DNA of 64,000 nt from Paraspadella gotoi (Eukaryota; Animalia; Chaetognatha). Every line of letters starts with the position of its first letter. Position 1 is the first letter of the stretch. This document shows, piece after piece, positions 1 to 11,251 of this stretch. The DNA lies in the NCBI GenBank assembly GCA_051294375.1, contig CM119265.1, positions 22,588,591 to 22,652,590 on the forward strand, given 5' to 3'. Made by a program: the position numbers and the translations under genes. Below the pieces are notes generated by a model. That model was not told the origin of the DNA, ran no database searches, and saw nothing but the letters and a program-made list of their open reading frames with translations.

Positions 1-271
1 TTCCCTGGACTTATGAAGGAAAGCGAAGACCGGTACTGTACCTCAAATGCTTTTTATAACCAAGTGATAATTACAGTCAGCAACATTTGTTAAATAATTA
101 GGCGTAAAAATTATTATTATACTATTCATATTACGGTAAAAAAAATGTATACAAATTTTGTATCTATTATCATTGAATAATTTTTTAAAAGTACGAACAA
201 GGTGTTAAAATTCATTTAAAAATATTCATTTAAAAATATAAGATTTTAAAGTGTTTATATATATATATATA

Positions 272-878
272 TTAAGGCGGGTCAAAATTGAACACTTTTA
301 TAACTTTTAATTCTCTCAAAAAAATTCCTTTTTTCCTTCTATTACTAAATCGATTTTCAATGTAACTTTTTGAATTAGTTCATTGGGTTGTTGCACTGAA
401 GCTTTTAAATATTTATTAATATATAACAAATGACAAAATTTTTTTTTTTTAAATTAGTTTTTAAGAACGGATTCCTATAGAGCTTCAAAAGTTAAATGAA
501 AGTTAGTACTACAATTTTTAAAAATTTTGACAAGAAATTGGTTAAAAACAGAAAAAACGTTAAAAAATCATCATCATCATCATCATTGGCTGATTTTTAT
601 AGTTTTTTAAAATTTTTATCAATAAAACAAAAAATTTTAAAATTTGTATTAATAACCTTCATCTAACTTTTAAAGCTCTATCAGAATCCATTAAAAAAAT
701 TGAAAAATTCAAAAAAATTTTTTAACTTTATATAGTAATAAAATAATCTTTAAATGCTTCCGTGCGCTTATTAATAAGATAATTTTTTAAAATTATTTTT
801 ATTTTCATATTCTCTAACAGTTACTTTATCATTATTTATTTGAGAGAACTTCTAGTTTTCAACCTGTTCCGGCCTAAT
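272..878. mobile_element. AT-rich non-autonomous DNA transposon-like repeat (imperfect terminal inverted repeats) inserted in a (TA)n tract
   Basis: Ends ttaaggcgggtcaaaattgaac and gttttcaacctgttccggcctaa are imperfectly complementary, and both are flanked by (TA)n. The internal part (about 400-720, including the (cat)n run) recurs in inverted form at about 2390-2700. Confidence 0.45.
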
Positions 879-1232
879 ATATATATAAAAGATTAATGAA
901 AGGCTCTATAGAGTATAGTCTATACACTTAATAATAGTATTTTAGTTATTATTTTCTGTAATATTATAAAAAGTTATATATAATATATTAAGCGTTCTTA
1001 ATTACCCCAGGGTGGGGTTAAAATAAATCACTTTTCATAAACGACTGCATCAACCAGTAGCGGGGAAACTTTCCTTTTTTTTCAAAATATATTTACTACG
1101 CAAAAAATTTGATTACTTCCAAATGGGTTCCGAATTACCCCGCACTACCCTATGCTATGTATGTTTGTTCAAAGCTGACTTTGCGGTTTTGTGTGTTTGT
1201 TTGTTTGTTCGTTCGTTTTTTTTCATGAGCAC

Positions 1233-1297
1233 TATTAAAGAACCATTCATTTGGCTATTATTAGCACATATTAAAGAACCATTCATTTGGCTATTTT
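1233..1297. repeat. Direct duplication tattaaagaaccattcatttggctatt x2 upstream of SMSr
   Basis: Two identical 27-nt copies, 36 nt apart. Confidence 0.8.
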
Positions 1298-1451
1298 CTT
1301 GAAAAGCTGAATCCAGTTTCGGGATAAAGCTGTTACAAACGACCAGTACAATTAACTGCAAGTTGTACTACTAATTGCCTTATAGAACTACTCAAAACTA
1401 GTGCTGCCTTTTTCTTTAATTTGCAACATTGGCTCGTTGATTACTAGCACC

Positions 1452-4400
1452 ATGCCTTCCAACCAAAATTCTACCGACGACACGGGTGTCCCAGTTGACC
1501 CTCACGGAATGTTTAACGGCCACGCTGAACGTGGCGCGGCAGCGTCCGCAAGGAAACGAAGAAAAAAAACACGAAACGGAGACCGCATATTGGGCTCCCG
1601 CGAGTCTGGCGATCCGCCATCTGAAGAGATGGCATCGTCCATTGGAAGCGATCCCGTTTCCGTTCCAACGCCGCTACCGCAACCGCCCGTGTCGAGCGAA
1701 ACTGCTTTCGAGGACATGAACGAGATTAACTCTTGGAGCGTTGGTCAAGTGGCTGACTGGCTTGATTCGCAAGGCAAGTCGTCAAGTTGCGTGAGAGGTT
1801 TCTTGTAATCGAGCTGAAATTAGAATTTTCTATTATACATGTACTATATTATATATATATTATATATCAACTGTATACAGAAGGCTTCATTTTTAAAAAA
1901 ATGATATAGGGTTTTTTCGAGCCGAGAATCGGTTCAGGAATAACTGCTGGACCAAATGTGTTTAAATTTTGTACATATGATGCTTAAAGGAATACAAATA
2001 GAACTATTGAGGCGAATTTCAATATTTGTCGCCTAAGTCGAGATATCGACCCCCATGGGGGTCACCCATAGGGACGAAAAATGGTCAATTTTTTGGGGGG
2101 AATTCATTCTGAAAAACGTATTTATTACTACCAAAAAACAAGTTTACCTTAATTTCGATGTTCTTGTATATCAGCGGTTCATGCCAGATTTGGAAATACA
2201 AAGGAATATTGAAAGTAAAAATAGGGACCAACTCCAGACTCTGGAGTCCAGAGATAATATAAAATTTCGACTATTAGCAAAGTATTTTTAGTTGTCTTGA
2301 CTAAATATTTAAGCAATCATTTTCCCAAAAAATTTACATTATACGTCTTGATTAATACATCAAAAATTACTTGTCTTTTTTTACATTATAAAATTTTTTT
2401 TTTGAAATCTTAAAATTTTTTGATGGATTCTGATAGAGCATAAAAAGTTAAACGATAAATATAATTACAGCTTTTAAAATTTCTTACGTTTTCTATGTAA
2501 AAATATAAAAAACTTAAAAAATCATCGAAAGATGATGATGATGATGATTTTTTACGGTTTTTCTTATTTTTGACTTGCTTATCATGAAAATATTTAAAAA
2601 AGAATTATACTTTGTATAGACAACTTTTTATGAGCTATCTGAATCTGGTCTTAAAATTTAAAAATTATCAAAAACAATTTTGGCCTTTCCTATTTATAAA
2701 TAAATATTAAAAAAATAATTATTTGGGTATAGAGCCACAGAAGAAATGTTTTATCCATTGAAAGTATACTTCAAAATGTATAAATTTTCGTTTGAGCATA
2801 TAATCATTCTAAATTTTTGACTCACCCCATTGAGTGCGGCTACCCCTAGTAAAATGAACCATGCATCTTGAAACGTCTATTTAACAAAAATACATCAATT
2901 TTACATCTAAAATGTGTAGCAGATTAATTTGTGAATTGTCTGAAATGAGATTGAGGAACAAGGGTCGGTTTTGAACCACTATGCCCTTGCTAGCTCAACA
3001 CTTAGGTTTAGCATCCATTAAGATAATAACATGTAATTGCTATCTTTTCATAGGTCTATACTTGAATACATTGCAAGCCTAACTCTCTAGTTCATTAGTC
3101 TTACCAAGAAGCCAGTCTAGTAGCCTTCAAACCATCTCCTTTCAGTGGTTGAATATAAAAAATCCCCTCGATAGTTCCATTTGTATAGCCAAAGCTTACC
3201 TTCATGCCAAAAACACTGATGAAGGCTCGAACAAGAGTTAAAACAACAAAAAAATCGTTGTAATACAAACTCTAAACTTTGTTTTCACTAAAACACCTAA
3301 ACAACGAAAAGAAAGGAATACCACATTATGCCAAATGTTATAAAATTCGATCGAGTAGTTTGTGTGGAACCGATTCTCGGCTCGAAAAATGGCGTATCAT
3401 TTTCTATTTTTAATAGGAAGCCTTCTGAATAAAATATACCTAAATCCCTATTGGTAAAAAAAATCATATATAACTTTGGTCCCCCCTCAAAAAATTATCC
3501 ATTCCCACCCCTTTCTGTTCAGCCTCTTAAATATTATGATTTTTCATTAATGACTTTCTAACAGAAATGATGTGTGATATCTATTAGAAAACTAGGACAG
3601 ATTGTAATCTAACCTTGTGTTGTATAGATGCTCCCTCTATTTCCAGAAGACAACACTGACTTCCCCTTCTCAAATTGAGTTATTAGATATAATGAAAGGT
3701 AAAAAAATTTTAAGAAAAAATGCAATATATAATATATATTATATATTTGATTAAATAATATTGATTCAATACGAAATCCTTCATAAAATATAAAAATATA
3801 AAATAATGAAACATGTAATTTGCAAATTTTCATACATAATATATAGATATAATTATATAGTTAATGTTTAAGTTGAGTGATCTTTGTTTATACTAAGGCG
3901 TTCGTTATTGTCAGTTTTTCTAGTTTTGGACTTTACCATTCAAAAAACTCCCTTATTCCCATTGCCCCATCCTCGATAGGGTTTTATAGCATTTCCCGAA
4001 GCCTCCACGACCATCGAGTGGACGGCCGTGTCTTGGTTTCAATGACGGAGGCCGATCTCCTCCTTCCGCTGCTGGACCTTCGGGTGTTCGGCGACGTTCG
4101 GCGGTTGACGCTTCTTTTGGACCGAATGAGGTTGAAAGGGTTTGCGGTCGCGGTTTTTTCGGTCGCGCCGTCACTAACTTGTGACGCGCGCTTGAGAATT
4201 CCAGGAACCGGTTTAAATTTCTTAGCTTTTCAGCAGATCCCCACTCAATAATCCACTTTGCCGGTCTGTCGATCCGCCCCTCAATCTTGTCGGTCGTTAA
4301 CTTAAATCATGTCAAAACATCGAATTATTATAAATTATGCTAGAGAAAACAAATTTTATTTATTTTGCTACAAACAACGATTTTTTGTATTAGACATAGA

Positions 4401-7400
4401 AACAGGACATGTTTCGGCTTTAGTGCAAGCCTTCATCAGCGCTTTTTACATTGTGAATTGTGTTAGTGAAAAATCAATAAAGAAGGAGACAGAGAGAGAG
4501 AGAGAGAGAGAAAGAAAGAAAAAATCAAGTTTAAAGTTTCCAACAAAGGATTGATAATGGTTAGAGGTGAGGACAGATTTGAGATTAGCCAGATTTAGTG
4601 AGTTGTGAAAAGAAGTGAAATATGGTCAGAGAGAGAGAGAGACAATTACATTTGAGCAATCAACAAAGATATAAAGTAAACTCGACTATTAACACTTTAG
4701 AAATAAATAAGTAAATAATTTCAGCAAAGAGTTGTTTTAGAAAAGAAAGGATTAAACCATGTCTACCGATAAATTAAAGTGAAAAAATGCAATGTGAAAA
4801 ATGATGCAAGTTGAAAAAATAATAATAGTTAAAAAAATTATTTACCTTGCAAGCGATTTACATGTATTGGCGCAGACACTAGTTTGGTATGGTACGATCT
4901 GTTATGATCAGTTACGATCACAAATTGAAATAATTTTCGTAATTTTTCATAAGATTCGCTTATTACCGATAACTTGTTTAATTACGACCAGACGAAACGG
5001 CCCCGCTGATAATCACACTCGGGATCGTGAACCGTCTTGGAGAGGTACGGAAACCCTTGACCCTCTATCGGCCCGTCCTCCTCGTGTGCTTTGACTGTCA
5101 TCATTTTTACACTTTTTCTTTGCGCTTTCATCAAACGTTCCTTGTACTTTCGCATGAATTCAGGAACAGCTTCCACAAGGATTTCTCGCCCGAATTCGCT
5201 GTCCCCCAAAATTCAACCCGGAATTTCCGAACCGCAGCCCTTGGAAATAGGTCGGGGTTATATATTAATTGCTTCAAAGTTGCATGCAGCAGTCCGAATG
5301 TGTCTCCCTGAGCGATAATGCTCTCGAGCTTTTTTTTGTTGTTGATAGCTAGTCAAGGTCTGCGCGCACTTTTGGGAATGAATTTGGGTCTTTATTACCT
5401 GAAAACGATTGTATGTAGATTAAAATCGATCATGTTTTTGGAAAGCCCTGTTCTAAGCTGTCAGTTGATACTCAAAAAGTTAAAAAAACATGACGTCGTT
5501 TTTTTTTCCGCACGAATTGAGGATTAACTCTGCTTAGTCAAACTTTGCACCTATTTAAATTGGTTATTAGTAATGATAATTTAAATTCAAAAACATTTTA
5601 GAAATCCTTGATCTTTGCTTTCAGTCGATAGTAAAAATGCTATAAAAATATGTTTATTGTAAGGACATCGCATGCAGAGGTTATTTAATATTTAAATAGA
5701 GAGTTTTTGTGCATTTATTTTTTGCTAATATTTCAATTCGCATAGCGAAATCATTTTTAAAGGCAGTTCAGTTACAAGTGATTGAGATAAAAAATCATAG
5801 CATAAGAGAGAGATTTTTAATCAGGTCATAAGCAAAAAATAAATGCACTTGTATCTCCCACAAAGACTCTCTATTTAAATAGCTATGAAAATAGTTTTTT
5901 AAATGGAAGGTATTTCCCGTTTTTAAAAGGTTAGTTATTTGGGACTGTTCTCATTTGGAAAAAATAAAGACAGAGTTTTAATCAATACCCAGATTGACCA
6001 CTCAATTTACTAATTTAGTTATTTGTAATTTTTGTTTAAGGGGACCAAGTGACCAGGGGGGGTAAAAAGCTGAAAGCATAACTTTTGATTCTTTAAACGA
6101 AGCTGGTTCTGACAATATAACTTTTTCTTTGGTCATTTGGGAAAGTTGTTAAAAAATTTGTTATTATCAGCTCGCCTAATTTTCTTAAAAAAGATTTAAC
6201 AAAAGCCGCCTTGGGGGCATGGCAAACCCTCAAGCCTGGTTCCAAGCCCAGGGACCCGTTCCATGGCTGCTAGAGGGGGTTATAGAAGTTACGGACATTC
6301 ATCTTCAGCCCACGTAGCGCCTTATCCACATAAATATTTAAAGTATCGACTGATTTTATTTTTTTTTTTTCCAAATAAAACCTTTTGAAGTAATATAAAT
6401 ATAAAAAAAAAGGTTTTGAAGAGACAGTAGTTATTGTTATGTGTTAATGACAGTACCGTTCAATATAACTATAAGTTATAAGCAGTAGGGTGGAGTGATG
6501 TAAAGATTGAGAACTTGGACATTATTTTTTTGCCGCCTATGGACATATAATTAACAAATTTTAAATCCTTTTTAAAATTTGTTTTAGCATAACAGTATAG
6601 TAAATTCAATTATTTATGTAGTAATATCCTTATAAAATCATTAAATTTCAAAATATTTCATTTTATTTTTAAAAACGGATTTGGATTCACCGTAAAAAAC
6701 TAAAACTTTTATAAAATGTTATATATTTTAATGTTTAGATCGCAAAAAATGACTAAAACGTTTTAACATATATAAGTTTTTACTACAGAGAATAAAAAAG
6801 TCATAAATTTTCATCTTTTTTCCCGTTTCTAATGCTGAAGATGACAGAATTTTTGATAACATGTTTTATATTTTTGATTCAACCTTTTATGAAGAATCTG
6901 AATCTTTTTTATTACAACGATTTATTTTATTCAATGGACATGTTTCGACTTTTGTACAAGTCTTCATCAGCAATTATCAGATATCAGATATTTGCTGATG
7001 AAGACTTGTACAAAAGTCGAAAAGAATTAACACTAAAAGTTTAAAAATATTATTTTTAAAATTTATCATTTTATAAGAATATTACTACAAATATATTATA
7101 TTTTACTATTGTTCCCGAGACAATATGAACAAAATATTTTTTGTACTAGTTAATCATACTATCTCACAGCTAAAAATCCTTGTTCAATCAATCAAATAAA
7201 TTTTTTGTTCTTGAGTGCTCCACTCTAATAAGCAGTCCCTGAGCTTCAGATCAGGCTGTAACACCGTGTTACAGGCGAGTTATGCGCCCTGTAACTCTTA
7301 ACTGCTAGGCGACCACCGGGCTAGAACCCCAGACCTTTGGGTTGGGAGGCGAATGACTTGCCTCCGGCGCCAATGGCCGCTGATGAACGGTTGGTGGATT

Positions 7401-9793
7401 TTAGTCCACCATAGTTTTATACTTTTGCGAAATTCTGAATTATTATAATTAGGAATCAATTTAATTTAAATATACTTTTAAAGGATGAATATTAATTAAT
7501 AGTTATTATAGTTTTGTTTCTATAAGAATAAAATTTTGGTCTGATTTTTCTGTTTTTAATTGCATATAAAAAAATATTAGTCTTGTAAAGCCTTTGTTCA
7601 ACGAGGCTTAATCCTAAAATTTTAGCTTGGTACAGTCAAAAATAAAAATTTGGAATTTAATAAAAAATATTGTCTGTTGCAAAAATAAAATAATGGATAA
7701 TATAAATATTTAGGTAGGATCAACTAAATTTTTTTTTTCAGAATTATTACGTTTTTGTTTCCGCTACAATAAGAGAGAGGAATTCTTTTGCCACTTTCCT
7801 AAATCTTTTTCTCACTCTCAAGCCAATTTATAAGAAAACAAATTGATTTTTACTACTTCAAATGAATTTTTAAAATTATTTCTAAAAGAGCGCGCGGACC
7901 CGGTAGATACTAGATTGTTACTGGCATTACGATATGAAATTGTGTAATTGATCTATATTTTCAAATATTATTTTCGGATGTCAGCATGGGTGTTGGAATC
8001 TTTATATATCTTTTAATTTCTTATATGTAGCGCTTTCACTTCCAGATAATTACAATTGTTCTCTCAAAATTCTGTCGGCGCTTAAACCAAGCGGATCCTC
8101 TCTTCTTGAAAAAGGTGCAATATTCTTCACGTGCAACTTAGCACGCCGTAGAACAATTTCAGTCGCAGTAATAGAATAGTATGTTTCTTTTACATAGTTA
8201 ATAAGCACTCGACCCACGCACCGTGCAATAGGCTTTTTTAATAAATTCCCCCACATTTTTAACAAAAATTTTAACTTATATTAAACTCGGAAGATGCTCA
8301 TTCACCGAGTGACATTGGCGCCGAAAATGACGCCCTCAAGCAGCGGAACAGTTCAAAAAACCTCAGGCCGGATTATAGAAAGATGCTTGTGGCAATGGCA
8401 TACGCGCAGGTGCTTATTACGATCTTCAAATAACTGTAATTCTCTGAAAGATTGATATGTTCTAACATTGCGTGGTTTGCATTGCAGTTGGTACTTTGGC
8501 TCACCTCATACACTATGGTCGTTGTTCATGACCGTGTGCCGGACGTAGAAAAGTATCCGCCTTTGCCAGATTTAGTTTTAGACAATGTTCCGTATATCTC
8601 ATGGGCTTTCCAGGTACTTGTAGGATTGAATTACGTCGATTTTTTTTTAATTTTTGTTTAAAAATTAAATTATTTAAACTGCTCAAATACTCAATTAGTC
8701 AATACAGTATATATGTAATAAGCCTCATGGAGGACTGTTTTAAATTACCTAGGCCGTGGAAACTACGGGAATCATAATGACATCCTGCCTATTTATGATA
8801 TTAACCATTCATAAGCACCGCGCTATCATTTGGCGCCGATGCTGCGCTTTGACTGGCACCGTTTTTCTTCTACGCTGCGTTACAATGCTTATAACCTCGC
8901 TTTCCGTCCCGGGCGCGCACCTCAAATGTGATCCCAGGTAAATCCCGAAAAACTATTTATTTGGTTCTTCCCATTTTACGATACCTCGTTTCTCCTTTTT
9001 TTTATTTATTTACGTTTTATTCGTTATAAAATAGTCAATATCCTGAAACTTGGATGCGCCTGAACCGAGCATTTGTGATATGGAGCGGATTCGGGATGAC
9101 GTTGCAAGGTAAAATGACGGCCAGTCAGTCTCATCACTTGTTAGAAACCGATACTTACAATTTTACGAAAATTTCAGGGGTAAGAACGTGCGGCGATTAC
9201 ATGTTCAGCGGTCACACGACGGTGTTAACAATGCTTAATATGTTTATCACTGGTAAAGTTTAAGACATAGTTGTAATAATTGTTATTAAAATGATTTAAA
9301 AATAATTGTATTGACCTAGAATACACTCCTTCACGATGGTATCCTCTTCACACTGCGGCTTGGGTCGCCAATTTGTTCGGAATTTTTTTTATTCTCGCTG
9401 CCCACGAACATTATTCTATCGACGTATTCGTCGCATTTTATATTTCTAGTCGACTTTTTTTGTATTACCACTCGTTGGCCAATACCAGGTATCATTTAAC
9501 TACCTTTTTAAAACTCGGTGATCATAATAAAGTGTGATTTTTCGTTTTGTTTTTATCTCCAGTCTTTTGCAAAAGGATCGCCGTACGAGGATATGGTTTC
9601 CCTTATTTTCTTACTTCGAGGAAAATGTTAGTTAAGTCTGCAATGAAAAACAAATTTTACGGAGTCCTAATTTAAACATTTTTTTTAGGTTGATGGTGAA
9701 GTTCCCAATGAATATGAATGGCCTTTTTCTTTCAATCCAGTTCGAAAATGTTACGATAATTTTAAAAAAGTAGTGTATTTTAAAAAGCAATGA
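1452..9793 (+). CDS. SAMD8: Sphingomyelin synthase-related protein (SAM domain + PAP2-like catalytic domain), multi-exon
   Basis: SAM domain [14 protein letters not shown]|[26 protein letters not shown] split over exons 1452-1773 and 3980-~4210. Downstream exons (about 8292-9793) give [56 protein letters not shown] and VPNEYEWPF. Stop TGA at 9791-9793. The internal exon near 4990-5045 is uncertain. Confidence 0.93.
1876..3428. mobile_element. About 1.55-kb element with about 60-bp imperfect terminal inverted repeats in SMSr intron 1
   Basis: cagaaggctt...ttttcgagccgagaatcggttc (1878-1935) is the reverse complement of gaaccgattctcggctcgaaaa...gaagccttctg (3368-3427). No transposase ORF is visible. 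Confidence 0.65.
4406..4439 (-). ncRNA. Minimal type-I hammerhead ribozyme motif (Penelope-like element remnant)
   Basis: Minus strand reads CTGATGA-a-GGCTT-gcacta-AAGCC-GAAA-C-ATGT-C. The core, stem II, palindromic stem III and GUC cleavage triplet are present. Stem I is imperfect. Confidence 0.65.
6937..7022. ncRNA. Inverted pair of hammerhead-core sequences forming a perfect 31-bp hairpin
   Basis: Minus strand 6970-6937 reads CTGATGA-a-GACTT-gtacaa-AAGTC-GAAA-CATGTC. 6943-6973 is exactly complementary to 6992-7022. Confidence 0.65.
7232..7412 (-). mobile_element. tRNA-derived SINE-like element or tRNA-Gly(CCC)-like pseudogene with a structured tail
   Basis: 7380-7309 (72 nt) has a 7-bp acceptor stem GCGGCCA/TGGTCGC, an A-box-like TGGCGCCGGAGG, a CTCCCAA anticodon loop and a B-box-like GGTTCTAGCCC. 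The anticodon and T arms are degenerate. A multi-hairpin GC-rich segment follows. Confidence 0.55.
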
Positions 9794-11251
9794 ATAATAT
9801 TTATTGAGAATTGATGAGCTCTGTGTGAGCTACTTAATATTTTATTTATTTTTCATTATTATCGATTAAAACTATAATTTATTTCCCGGTCATCGTGAAC
9901 TTTTCTTCATAAGAGGCAGCAGGGTGATGGGATTATTTATTGATTGAAATAAATGGACACTTGGACATGCGTTATTATTGTATGTAAATCCTTAGTTATT
10001 TAGTAGTTTGACTTCGCAGTTATGAATTTCTAATTTAATTATTCTCTTTTAGCTAGCATAACATATTTTGTGCTCTGACGGGCATTCCTGGCATTCCCTT
10101 CCCCCCCCCCACCCCCGTTTCTCGCCAAGTGCACCAATGCAAGTGAGCCAATGCAACTGCAACAAAGTTGAAAGTGTGATGTATAGTATACGTAAGACAA
10201 GATTATCTTGAACCCGACCCATGGAAAAATTACCATGATCATATGATGGAAACAAAATTGTCGCGGTTTGGAAAAGTCGGTTAATTTCATTATCAAATAT
10301 AGGACTGAAGAAAAATATTATTTCTCAAAAGCATAAAATTATTTATTGCATACAATTACTTATAAAAGAGGTTGTCTCTAACTGTTTTCACCTCTTTTTG
10401 ATCAAAAGGACTACTCATATTATTATTAATATTATATCTCTGACACGGGTCACAACTGAAAGTGTTATGTTTCTAGGCGGGGTGAACCGAGGCAATGCCC
10501 GACTACAAACATAATATTTTTTATCAGATTTCGGGTAAAAATGGTCTTTGGCAAGCAGTGAAAAGGATTAATCCCCTATAAAGTAAACCAGGCTTGAGTT
10601 GCTGCTGCATAATGTGATGATGCATTGTCTTTTCCTTCAACAAAAATTTTGATATTTTTTTTTTTATACTCGTTTGTATGTATTATAAGAACGAAGTATC
10701 AGAGGTAAATAAAAATGATAACTTTGCTCACAAAAAGGTTACCCGGAGCCTTATAACTTTTAATAAAAAGTGTAAATATGAAAAAGATAAAAAAGAAGGA
10801 AGAATATTCTTTTGCATAGAATTCTTGTATTTTTTGTAATACAAAAATAAGATACAGCTCATATGAAGGCCAAAGTTTCTTGATATCTAAATTTTATTTT
10901 TCGATTCTTACATTAAAATTCCGAAAAATAGCTGGAAAGTAACCGCGACAATTTTTTTCCATCATGGTAAGTGAAGAGGAATGAATTTGATAACTTCTGT
11001 GCGCGTTTGCCAATGGATGCCTTTTGTTTGCCTTTTTGGTTGAGTTCTTGAAATCTCTGTTCCTTGGCTCTGATGACGAGGACCAGTAGCCAGACCAGAC
11101 CAGCCAGACGACATAACAAACATTTTTCGACATCACAGCTTATTAGGTTCAAGGATTATATTTTCAGCCTCTGGTTGTGAAAACTTTTGGAGGATAATAC
11201 AAAGAACCGTTGTACTTCCTGGACCGTATCGCTTTATTTACTGACGTCGAA

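Noticed and set aside
7309-7380. Functional tRNA-Gly gene
   Set aside because: The anticodon stem does not pair and the T loop is out of register. Kept only as a tRNA-derived element.
10894-11152. Small minus-strand ORFs (one with a hydrophobic stretch and GKR)
   Set aside because: The hydrophobic frame has no ATG start, there is no recognisable homology, and the region fits better as a 5' UTR intron of the next gene.
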